Assembly (NCBI GenBank): GCA_947084985.1
Contig: CAMTUI010000023.1
Location: 98,266-162,265 of the forward strand
Direction of reading: 5' to 3'
Length of the DNA stretch: 64,000 nucleotides
From: Methanobacteriota archaeon
GTDB taxonomy: Archaea; Thermoplasmatota; Thermoplasmata; RBG-16-68-12
Shown: piece after piece, positions 26,091 through 33,868 of the stretch
How positions within the stretch are numbered: position 1 is the stretch's first letter
Layout of the letters: each line of letters begins with the position of its first letter
The notes under the pieces: model-generated
Databases searched by the model: none
Told to the model about the DNA's origin: nothing
Seen by the model: the letters and a program-made list of their open reading frames with translations, nothing else
Position numbers and translations under genes: made by a program

Positions 26091-27578
26091 ATGCGCACCG
26101 CGCGTCGCCTCGCGCAATCCCGCGGGAAAGATTCATCCATCCCGGCGTGCATCGCTTCGACCGCGATGGCTCTCCTCGACCAATTCCGGATCGAGGCCCT
26201 CCCCGCGAAATGGCAGGACGAAGGGCGTCTCTGGCAGGAGACGTACTTCCCGGAGATGCCGACCGTCCTCGACACGCCGAACTGGAAGCGCTTCTACCCG
26301 GATACGCCCCTGCCCCGGCTGAGCGTGATCCTCGCGAAGCCGGACGGCTTCGCCTCGTTCGCCTCGAAGGTCGTCGGATCGACGGACGAGACGACCGACC
26401 TCTCCGGCCGCCTGTGGAAGGCGGACAGGATGCCGGACGCGCAGTTCATGACCGCGCTGAAGATCATCCGCGCGCAGGCCTCGACAGAGCTCGGCTCGAT
26501 CCAGCAGCACCGGATGGTGTACGAGCAGCTCGACTCCGGTTCCCTCACGGGGATGGACAAGGAGATTGTCGAAGGGATCCACCGAACCGACGCCGGCGGT
26601 CACCGGCTCGACTCGATCTCGTTCTCGAAGAAACGCGTGTGCGTCGAGGAGCTGCGGCATCACATGCAGATGGCCGGCGTGCTCACGCTCGACGAGACCT
26701 TCGACAAGGCGCGCTGGGGCCACCACTGGGCCACGGAGACCCTCGAAGAGCTGTTCGCGATGAAGCCGGGCGAGCACGTCCTCGACGCGTTCAACATCGA
26801 GTTCAAGAGCCTCCTCGATTCGGCGACGTTTATGTCGTTCATCGACCGCGTCGGGAAGTTCCAGCTCGAGATGCAGCACCACTTCCTCTACGGGCCGATG
26901 GCCGTCTCGATGCCGTGGATGCGGTTCCTCGAGGAGTCGTACCACCTGGCCGCGGGCGAGACGCTGATGAAGGCGATCGCGGTCGCGGCAACGCTCGACG
27001 GAGGCAACTTTGGGATCGAGGACCTCCAGAAGGCCCTGAACATGTGGTACCCGCGCGGTCTCGAGATGTTCGGCTCCGAGTTGGGCGGCGCCCTCGTGAA
27101 GGGCGTGTTCAAGACCCTGACGAATGGGGAGGCGCAGGCGATCTACATCGAGGAGGTCCGCGGCAAGGTGAAGGAGGTGAACCTGGCGATTATCCAAGCG
27201 AAGGCCCGATGCACTCGGGAGCAAGCGGAGGCTGCCTTGCGGCGCATCGAAGACGAAGGCGAGACAGTACACGGCCTCACGAAGGACGACCTGGTTTTCC
27301 TGCCGGACCGCCGCTTCTTCCGGATCCGCGGGCTCGCGGAGTTCGGCGACTTCCGGAATCCCGGAGCGGATGCGGCCGGTGTGGGCTACGTCTACCTGCC
27401 GTACGACGTGCATGGCAACATGCTCTCCCATCGGGGCAAGCCGATCGATCGTGACGACTACGCCGAGTACCTACGCACCGCGTTGCCAGAGCCATACATG
27501 ACGAGCCGTCACTGGGATTTCGTGAAAGAGGAATTCCTCTTCAATGGAAAGTGGGGCGAGCCCGAGCCCGTGCGCTAG
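26091..27578 (+). CDS. BoxB-like di-iron acyl-CoA (benzoyl-CoA type) epoxidase/oxygenase homologue
   Basis: Several segments line up with my recollection of BoxB: IIRAQASTELGSIQQH, VCVEELRHHMQMAGVL, FMSFIDRVGKFQLEMQHH, RFLEESYHLAAGE. Two E...ExxH pairs form a carboxylate-bridged di-iron site. Start is uncertain (26049, 26091 or 26166); third-position GC bias begins near 26091. Stop codon is TAG. Confidence 0.6.
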   Translation: MRTARRLAQSRGKDSSIPACIASTAMALLDQFRIEALPAKWQDEGRLWQETYFPEMPTVLDTPNWKRFYPDTPLPRLSVILAKPDGFASFASKVVGSTDETTDLSGRLWKADRMPDAQFMTALKIIRAQASTELGSIQQHRMVYEQLDSGSLTGMDKEIVEGIHRTDAGGHRLDSISFSKKRVCVEELRHHMQMAGVLTLDETFDKARWGHHWATETLEELFAMKPGEHVLDAFNIEFKSLLDSATFMSFIDRVGKFQLEMQHHFLYGPMAVSMPWMRFLEESYHLAAGETLMKAIAVAATLDGGNFGIEDLQKALNMWYPRGLEMFGSELGGALVKGVFKTLTNGEAQAIYIEEVRGKVKEVNLAIIQAKARCTREQAEAALRRIEDEGETVHGLTKDDLVFLPDRRFFRIRGLAEFGDFRNPGADAAGVGYVYLPYDVHGNMLSHRGKPIDRDDYAEYLRTALPEPYMTSRHWDFVKEEFLFNGKWGEPEPVR

Positions 27579-27639
27579 TCACGCGAAAGGGCCAGCATTT
27601 AATACCGCCAGGCCCCTTGCGACGGCCCGGGGCAGAGCG

Positions 27640-28428
27640 ATGGACCTCACGTACATTTCCCTGGAGAAGAAGGACCGCATCGCGATCGCGTGGCTGAACA
27701 AGCCGAAGGCGAACACGTACGACGCGGACCTGATGCGCGACCTGAGCGCCGTGGTCGACGACGTGCGCTTCGACGATGACGTCGACATGTGCGTGCTCGC
27801 ATCGAAGCTCGATGGCATCTGGTCCGCGGGCGCGGACATCAACCTCCTTGCGAGTTCGACGCCGGACTACAAGGCGATGTTCTGCCTCAACTGCCAGGAA
27901 ACTCTGAATAAACTGGAGAGCACGCCGAAGCTCTTCATCGCCGCGATCGACGGGCACTGCGTCGGCGGCGGCCTGGAGATCGCGATGGCCACGGACCTGC
28001 GGCTCGTGTCGGATGGGCCGTGGCGGATCGGCCTGCCGGAAGTGACGCTCGGCGTCCTGCCGGGGACGGGCGGCACGCAGCGCCTGCCGAGAATCGTGGG
28101 GAAGAGCCGCGCGATCGACCTCATGGTCACGGGACGCATGCTCACACCGAAGGAAGCGCTCGACTGGGGCTTGGTGAACCGCATCTTCCCGCGGGAGAAA
28201 TTCTGGGAGGAGACGATGGCCTTCGCCCGAGGCCTCACATACCCGCACCACGCGGCACGTGCCGTCGGCTTGATCAAGCGATCCGTGACGGAGGGCCTGG
28301 AGATGTCCATGTACGAAGGCCTCGCTCTCGAGCGGGAACTGCAGAACCGGCTCTTCGCGATGGCGGACGCGAAGGAAGGGTTCCGTGCCTTCCTCGAGAA
28401 GCGAAAGCCCGTCTTCCACGGCAAGTGA
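27640..28428 (+). CDS. enoyl-CoA hydratase/isomerase family protein
   Basis: Crotonase core WSAGADINLL...AAIDGHCVGGGLEIAMATDLRLV. The ATG at 27640 lies within ORF 27544..28428. Confidence 0.8.
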   Translation: MDLTYISLEKKDRIAIAWLNKPKANTYDADLMRDLSAVVDDVRFDDDVDMCVLASKLDGIWSAGADINLLASSTPDYKAMFCLNCQETLNKLESTPKLFIAAIDGHCVGGGLEIAMATDLRLVSDGPWRIGLPEVTLGVLPGTGGTQRLPRIVGKSRAIDLMVTGRMLTPKEALDWGLVNRIFPREKFWEETMAFARGLTYPHHAARAVGLIKRSVTEGLEMSMYEGLALERELQNRLFAMADAKEGFRAFLEKRKPVFHGK

Positions 28429-28467
28429 GCTCGACGGAGGCCTTTAGGGTTAGAGGGCCATAGGCCC

Positions 28468-28950
28468 TTGCATGGCCCAGCAGGCTCGGGTCCCCCTGCG
28501 ACACCGAAGGACATGCCGAGCCTCGTGCGGCTCTGGCGCGACCTCGTCCGATTCCACGAGGCCCTCGGAGGCCAGGACTTCCGCCTCGCGCCCGGAGCCG
28601 ACGCCGGTTAGAGGAAGTTCCTCCGCGGACATATCGGGAGGGAGGACAAGATGTGCCTCGTCGCGGACGTCAACGGCGGGATCGTCGGGTTCCTCACGGG
28701 CACGGTCCAGGAACGTCCGGGCGTCTTCATGGATCGGGAGTACGGGTCCATATCCGACGTCTACGTGGATGCCGCGCACCGGAGGAGAGGCGTCGGGAAG
28801 GCCCTCGTCGAGGAAGCCCTCCGATGGTTCGGCTCCCGGCGGCTGAGCCGCGTCCGGTTACAGACGGACGCGAAGAACTTGCTCGGCCTGAATTTCTGGC
28901 GGAACCTCGGCTTCGAGACGACCGTCCACACGATGGACAAGCTTGTCTGA
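28468..28950 (+). pseudogene. GNAT acetyltransferase interrupted by an in-frame TAG (28609-28611)
   Basis: The same reading frame gives (M)HGPAGSGPPATPKDMPSLVRLWRDLVRFHEALGGQDFRLAPGADAG-TAG-RKFLRGHIGREDKMCLVADVNGGIVGFLTG...VDAAHRRRGVGKALVEEALRWF. This is a complete GNAT fold split by one stop codon. Confidence 0.6.
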
Positions 28951-28984
28951 GAGCACCATGGGCGGTCTGAGCACAAGTCCGGAC

Positions 28985-29008
28985 GGTTAACCTTGTTTAA
29001 GGTTAACC
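28985..29008. promoter_or_regulatory. palindromic element GGTTAACC-TTGTTTAA-GGTTAACC (copy B)
   Basis: Two copies of the self-complementary octamer GGTTAACC separated by 8 nt. It is 23/24 identical to the reverse complement of 11275-11298 and ends 48 nt upstream of the crotonase ATG at 29057. Confidence 0.6.
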
Positions 29009-29056
29009 AAGGGGCGAGCCCTCAAGCCGGCCGATGGCCTTCCCCCGCCGAGTCGC

Positions 29057-29836
29057 ATGAACTACGAAACGATCCTCGTGGCCCACCGCGGTCCGTCGGC
29101 CCTGATCACGCTCAATCGACCCGAGAAGCTGAACGCGATGTCGCACATGATGAAGGAGGAGATGATCCGCGCGCTGCGAGACCTCGACGCGGACGACGGC
29201 ACCCGGGCGATCGTCATCACCGGCGCGGGTCAGAAGGCCTTCACCGCGGGCGCGGACATCCACGAGTTCCACGGGCGGACGCCGATGGAGCAGTGGCGGA
29301 TGTACGAGCACGGCACGCTGTACGATGCGGTCGATCGCTCGACGAAGCCCGTGATCGCGATGATCAACGGATACTGCTTCGGCGGCGGCCTTGAGCTCGC
29401 GATGGCGTGCGACATGCGGATCGCCTCGGACCGCGCGACGCTCGGACAGACGGAGATCAACATCGGGATCATCCCGGGCGGCGGCGCGAGCCAGCGCCTG
29501 CCGAGGCTCGTCGGCCTAGGGACCGCCCTGAAGCTCACTCTGACCGGCGAACGGATCGACGCGACGGAGGCCCAGCGGATCGGACTTGTGGACGAGGTCG
29601 TGCCTCACGCCCGGCTCGAACGACGCACGTTCGAGATTACGGAGCGTATGGCGTCGAAGAGCGCGGTCGCCGTGCGCCTCGCGAAGGCCGCCGTCCGCGC
29701 GTCTGCCCGACTGCCACTCGATCAAGGCCTTCGATACGAGCAGAGCCTCTTCGCCCTCGTCATGGCGACGGCGGACAAGGAGGAGGGCGTGGCGGCATTC
29801 CTCGAAAAGCGGGAGGCACAGTGGAAGGACCGCTGA
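29057..29836 (+). CDS. enoyl-CoA hydratase (crotonase)
   Basis: 259 aa. ITGAGQKAFTAGADIHEF...AMINGYCFGGGLELAMACDMRIA, the canonical crotonase signature. Confidence 0.85.
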   Translation: MNYETILVAHRGPSALITLNRPEKLNAMSHMMKEEMIRALRDLDADDGTRAIVITGAGQKAFTAGADIHEFHGRTPMEQWRMYEHGTLYDAVDRSTKPVIAMINGYCFGGGLELAMACDMRIASDRATLGQTEINIGIIPGGGASQRLPRLVGLGTALKLTLTGERIDATEAQRIGLVDEVVPHARLERRTFEITERMASKSAVAVRLAKAAVRASARLPLDQGLRYEQSLFALVMATADKEEGVAAFLEKREAQWKDR

Positions 29837-29928
29837 ATTCGTCGTTCTCAATCCTGATTCCTCGTTGTCACGGTCGATAACCACGGGATAGGGCTCTTAA
29901 CCGCACACCCGCCTCGTTTTTGAGGAAC

Positions 29929-31035
29929 ATGTCCGTCTGGTCTGGCCTAGCGGCCGCAGGCATAGCTATCGCCCTCGCCGTCGCGGTCTGGGGACAGCCC
30001 CTTTGGGAGTGGCGCCTCGACGGGCCGCAAGAGACGGAGGTCTGGTCGTATGGACCGTTCGCTGCGCGCCACACGCTCTTCAACAAGACGACCGGGAACT
30101 TGACGGAGGACCGGACGTACGCGTACGCGCAACTTCCGGGTCAACCTCGCATGGCTGCCGTGTTCGCGGAGTTCGGCCAGTTCTTCCTCATCAGCCTGCT
30201 CGCCGCGTTCGGGGGCATCGCACTGGCGGCCGTGTCCGCGTGGAAGAAGATTCGCGGGATCTTCGCGGGCGCCGCCCTGCTCGCGTCGTGCGCGACCTTC
30301 CTATACTCCGGCCTGAGCCTCGTCATCGGCGTGCCTCCGGCCGCGACAGGGGACGGCCTCGGCCTCGGAGGCGGACAGATCCCGGAGTTCCGCGGACAGG
30401 CCATCAGCGCGGGCACGACCCTCACCTGGACGCCCGTGATGGGCTGGATTGTCGTCCTCGCCGCCGGACTCGCCGCGGCCTGGGGCTCCTCCGATCTCTG
30501 GCACGTGCGGCCCTTGAAACGGGCGACCTCCAAGATCGCGAAGGCGTCCGCACAGAAATCGCCCGTGCGGATGATGCCGCCGCCTCCCCCGCCGCTTGTG
30601 GAACTCGTCCGCGAGGAGCCTCCCGAGCCGGACATTGAGGAGGTCTTTGTGATCGCTTCTAACGGCCTCTTGGTCAAGCACATGTCCCGTAGCCTGATGA
30701 CGGACAAGGATCGGGACGTCGTTGGCGGCATGATCTCCGCGATCTCGAGCTTCGTGCGCGAGGCCTTCACGGAACGGGATGGAGAGGTGCACGAGGTGAC
30801 GCTCGGCGAGCACCGGTTCGTGATGTGCAGCGATCCGTCGCTCGTCGTCGCGGTCCTCGTGAAGGTCGGTGAGACGGAGGACATCGTCCATCGTCTGCGG
30901 CACCTCATCGCTCTCCTCAAGGACCGCTACGCGGACCGGCTCGTGAACTGGCAGGGCGCTCCCCTCGACGGGATCGAGGACGAGCTCTCCGTCCTCTGGG
31001 AGCCTTACCATCTGCCGCCCCCGCCCGCTGTGTGA
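29929..31035 (+). CDS. membrane protein with C-terminal Roadblock/LC7-like domain (tentative)
   Basis: Four or five hydrophobic segments, then a PPPPPP linker. The soluble domain follows (VFVIASNGLLVKHMSRSL...DRDVVGGMISAISSFVRE...HEVTLGEHRFVMCS...VVAVLV); its strand-helix pattern resembles Roadblock/LC7/MglB. I use the ATG at 29929; the TTG at 29920 is an alternative. Confidence 0.5.
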   Translation: MSVWSGLAAAGIAIALAVAVWGQPLWEWRLDGPQETEVWSYGPFAARHTLFNKTTGNLTEDRTYAYAQLPGQPRMAAVFAEFGQFFLISLLAAFGGIALAAVSAWKKIRGIFAGAALLASCATFLYSGLSLVIGVPPAATGDGLGLGGGQIPEFRGQAISAGTTLTWTPVMGWIVVLAAGLAAAWGSSDLWHVRPLKRATSKIAKASAQKSPVRMMPPPPPPLVELVREEPPEPDIEEVFVIASNGLLVKHMSRSLMTDKDRDVVGGMISAISSFVREAFTERDGEVHEVTLGEHRFVMCSDPSLVVAVLVKVGETEDIVHRLRHLIALLKDRYADRLVNWQGAPLDGIEDELSVLWEPYHLPPPPAV

Positions 31036-31089
31036 GCACGCTAGGGTACGATGCGCACGTGAAATCGGAAACAGATTTTTAAGGTGCGG

Positions 31090-31129
31090 CCGACTCCCCC
31101 TCCGGGCCTACGTCCTCCCTCGGAGTCGG
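31090..31129 (+). promoter_or_regulatory. 8-bp stem hairpin in the queC leader
   Basis: CCGACTCC (31090-31097) pairs with GGAGTCGG (31122-31129), with a 24-nt C/U-rich loop. It lies between a TATA-like ATTTTTAAGG (about 31070-31080) and the queC ATG at 31156. Confidence 0.25.
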
Positions 31130-31155
31130 AGGAAGCGGGACACGGCGGCATACCT

Positions 31156-31809
31156 ATGGATCGAGCGATCGTCCTTCTGTCCGGAGGTGTCGACTCCGCC
31201 GTCACGCTGTGGTGGGCGCGGTCGAAGGGTTGGGACATCCGGCCCCTCACGTTCGACTACTTCGCCCGCCCGAAGCGGGAGCACGATGCGATCCGCGCGC
31301 TGACGTCCCGTGCCGGCGTCGGCCCCGTCCGCCATGTCGAGCTGCCGTTCCTCAAGGAGGTGGACGACCTCCGGAAGGAGGGGATCGACAACCCGATCCT
31401 CCGCGACTCCCCGGAAGGCTACATCCCCGGGCGGAACCTGATCTTCTACAGCCTCGCGGGGTACTACGCGGAGGTTGACGGGGTGCGGTACATCGTCGGC
31501 GGCCACAACGGGATCGATCCGGAGTCCTTCCCGGACTCAAGCCCGAAGTTCTTCAACTTTCTGAACAGCGTGTACCGGCTCGGCCTATGGTCGTACGAGA
31601 AGTCGCCCGTGCAGGTCCTCGTGCCCCTGAGCGGCAAGACGAAGGAGGAGGTCGTCCGGATGGGCCTCGAGATGAACGTCCCTTTCGACGTCACGTGGTC
31701 CTGCTACTGGGACCGCGCGGTCCACTGCGGCACGTGCGCCTCGTGCACGGAACGAAGGCAGGCGTTCGCGGCCCTCGACGTCGAGGACCCGGTGCCCTAC
31801 GAGTCTTGA
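31156..31809 (+). CDS. queC: 7-cyano-7-deazaguanine synthase
   Basis: PP-loop LLSGGVDS at the N-terminus and C-terminal zinc Cys cluster CYWDRAVHCGTCASCTERR. Confidence 0.85.
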   Translation: MDRAIVLLSGGVDSAVTLWWARSKGWDIRPLTFDYFARPKREHDAIRALTSRAGVGPVRHVELPFLKEVDDLRKEGIDNPILRDSPEGYIPGRNLIFYSLAGYYAEVDGVRYIVGGHNGIDPESFPDSSPKFFNFLNSVYRLGLWSYEKSPVQVLVPLSGKTKEEVVRMGLEMNVPFDVTWSCYWDRAVHCGTCASCTERRQAFAALDVEDPVPYES

Positions 31810-31867
31810 GGCAGGGCCGGCGGCGCAAAAAGGTTAATGAGATGTGCGGATTCCCCTGCAGTCCTCC

Positions 31868-32203
31868 ATGTACACGACCACCGTCCGGGCGGTCGCACCC
31901 GTGCGCTTCTTGGAAGAGGGCAGCCACAACGTGAAGATGCGCCAGCTCATCGGGCGGGAGGACGGCGCGCGCAAGACGGCGATGCATGAATTGACCCTGG
32001 GGAAGGGCGGTTACTCCGCGACGCACCGCCACGAATGGGATCATCAGCTCGTCGTAACGGAGGGACGGGGCACCGCGATCATCGGCGGAAGGAAGCTCCC
32101 GCTCCGGCCCGGCGTCGTCCTCCTCGTGCAGTCGAACGAGGAGCACCAGTTCGTGCAACGGGGCCGGGATTCGCTCCGGTTCCTGACCGTGACGCCGATC
32201 TGA
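31868..32203 (+). CDS. cupin domain protein
   Basis: Cupin metal motif pattern (SATHRHEWDHQLVVTEGRG...VQSNEEHQF). The ATG at 31868 lies about 33 nt downstream of the AAAAAGGTTAATGA box; the GTG at 31844 is an alternative. Confidence 0.65.
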   Translation: MYTTTVRAVAPVRFLEEGSHNVKMRQLIGREDGARKTAMHELTLGKGGYSATHRHEWDHQLVVTEGRGTAIIGGRKLPLRPGVVLLVQSNEEHQFVQRGRDSLRFLTVTPI

Positions 32204-32212
32204 TCCCGCGCA

Positions 32213-32221
32213 CGTTTATGC
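32213..32221 (+). promoter_or_regulatory. TATA-like box (CGTTTATGC) 27 nt upstream of the ATG at 32244
   Basis: AT-rich island at the recurrent spacing. Confidence 0.4.
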
Positions 32222-32243
32222 TCTCGCGCTGCATCGCCGCGCC

Positions 32244-32726
32244 ATGAGCCGCTTCACGTTGGAAGGCGTCGCGCGCGGCGTAGCCCGCGACGACCTGTAC
32301 GGGTTCTACATCGATTTCCGCGGCGATGACGAGGAAACCCTCCGCTCGGTGGGCGTTGACCCGGGCATCCGGTCCCGTCGCGTACGGAAGGAGGGAGATA
32401 TCATCTGGGTTGATCAGGAAATCCTCCAGGGAAAGCGCGCGCTGCCGTACCGCCAAAAGATCACTCTGCATCCGACGGACTACACATACGACGTAGCTTC
32501 CGAGATTCCGGGGATGATGCGCGACGTCCGGCACTACGTGTTCGAGCCGATTCCAGAAGGTTCCCGAGTGCGGGCTGAATGCCGGCTCGAGCCCCTGTCC
32601 GGGGGTCTGCGATTCCTCGACGCGATCGGCGTGTTCAAATCGATGGTCCGCAAGAAGTCCATGGAGGTCATGGACGGATACTGCCGCGCGGCGGAGGGCG
32701 AGTTCGCCGGCTCAAATCCTGGATAG
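32244..32726 (+). CDS. SRPBCC (START/polyketide-cyclase-like) family protein (tentative)
   Basis: 160 aa. Size and alternating beta-rich pattern with a C-terminal helix (KSMVRKKSMEVMDGYCRAAE) resemble SRPBCC ligand-binding proteins. The call is by resemblance only. Confidence 0.45.
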   Translation: MSRFTLEGVARGVARDDLYGFYIDFRGDDEETLRSVGVDPGIRSRRVRKEGDIIWVDQEILQGKRALPYRQKITLHPTDYTYDVASEIPGMMRDVRHYVFEPIPEGSRVRAECRLEPLSGGLRFLDAIGVFKSMVRKKSMEVMDGYCRAAEGEFAGSNPG

Positions 32727-32744
32727 GACGTTACGCGGGCCAAC

Positions 32745-32753
32745 CTTTATGGC
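32745..32753 (+). promoter_or_regulatory. TATA-like box (CCTTTATGG) 28 nt upstream of the queD ATG
   Basis: AT-rich island at the recurrent spacing. Confidence 0.4.
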
Positions 32754-32776
32754 CGCTCGGCCCTTGGTCTGGCGCG

Positions 32777-33103
32777 ATGAAGCTCGGGGTCACGGAGTAC
32801 ATCGACTGCGCGCATCATCTCCAGGGCCACGAACGATGCGGTTCAATTCACGGACACACATACCAGGTCGATGTCTACATTGAAGGCGATCACAAGGGCG
32901 GGATGCTGCTCGACTTCGCGGAGATCAAGAAGACGCTGCGCGGAATCCTCGCGGACTACGACCACAAGGATTGGAATGCGTTCCTCGAATACCCGACCGT
33001 CGAGAACATTTGCGAACTGATCACGGAGCGGCTCCGGGAGAAGATCAAGTTCCCCGTCCACGTGCGCGTGTGGGAAGGCTACGGCAAGTGGGCGGAGATC
33101 TGA
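32777..33103 (+). CDS. queD: 6-carboxy-5,6,7,8-tetrahydropterin synthase (PTPS/QueD family)
   Basis: 108 aa from the ATG at 32777, within ORF 32579..33103. Contains CAHHLQGHERCGSIHGHTYQVDV, the QueD/PTPS zinc and catalytic motif. Confidence 0.8.
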   Translation: MKLGVTEYIDCAHHLQGHERCGSIHGHTYQVDVYIEGDHKGGMLLDFAEIKKTLRGILADYDHKDWNAFLEYPTVENICELITERLREKIKFPVHVRVWEGYGKWAEI

Positions 33104-33246
33104 AGGAAGACCTCACATAAATTATGTCATGTTCCTATCGACTGACGCCAAGCTCGTGACAGGCGACCCTCACTTGCGCGGAATGCGAGAGACCGAATTC
33201 CTGGCCTAGGGTCAGCCTCATAAGGGCACGGGCGCTTGCCCGGTCC

Positions 33247-33858
33247 ATGTCCGACCTCGTCGAGGCGATCGAGGCGGAAGCCCGCGGCGATTTCGCGAAA
33301 GCCCTCGAGCACTACGCGAGACTGACGGAGTCCGGCTCCCCGCTCGACCGCGTGGGGATCTTCCAGGCACTCGCCCGGTGCAACGAGAAGGTGGGCCACC
33401 TCAAGGAAGCGGGCGCCTGGCGGCGGAAGGCGGGACAGGGCTACCTCGCGCTGAAAGACGACGAGATGGCCAAGGACGAACGACAGTACCTCGCCCTCGT
33501 GGAGTACCGCAACGCCGTGCAAGACCTCCTCGGGGATTCGTCCCTCGCCGACGTCGCGAAGGAATACGCAGCCGTGCTGAAGGACAACTTCTCCGGCGGC
33601 GCGGAGGGACTGACCCACGAAGGGCTATTCGCGGGCGCGTTCTTCCGCGGCTTAGGTGACTACCTGACCTCCGCGAAATACTTCTTCGACACGGCGGAGG
33701 CGATGAGCGAGCGGGCGACCGCGAGCAATGATACCGCGCTGCGCGAGGCGACGATCCTTGCGTACGAACGGGCTATGGAGGCCGCGACGAAGGCCGGCCG
33801 TCCGGACGTCGCCCGCGTGTCGCAGATGCGGGCCTACGATCTCAAGCAGATGAAGTGA
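33247..33858 (+). CDS. hypothetical all-helical (TPR-like) protein
   Basis: 203-aa helical, repeat-like protein (AKALEHYARL..., EAGAWRRKAGQGYLAL...). I recognise no family. It ends 10 nt before the NRDE gene. Confidence 0.5.
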   Translation: MSDLVEAIEAEARGDFAKALEHYARLTESGSPLDRVGIFQALARCNEKVGHLKEAGAWRRKAGQGYLALKDDEMAKDERQYLALVEYRNAVQDLLGDSSLADVAKEYAAVLKDNFSGGAEGLTHEGLFAGAFFRGLGDYLTSAKYFFDTAEAMSERATASNDTALREATILAYERAMEAATKAGRPDVARVSQMRAYDLKQMK

Positions 33859-33868
33859 GGCAGGAGCG

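Noticed and set aside
28609-28611. In-frame TAG in the GNAT gene read as pyrrolysine recoding.
   Set aside because: TAG is used as an ordinary stop by several well-supported genes in this window: the V4R protein at 3218, the methyltransferase at 25644, the BoxB-like gene at 27578, the saccharopine-dehydrogenase-like gene at 39556 and the aminotransferase at 39553. No pyl genes are seen. A TGG-to-TAG nonsense mutation or a base-call error is simpler.
31036-31155. Possible preQ1 riboswitch upstream of queC.
   Set aside because: The known preQ1 riboswitch classes are bacterial, and I see none of their conserved cores. Only a generic 8-bp hairpin is present; it is reported as a low-confidence structure instead.
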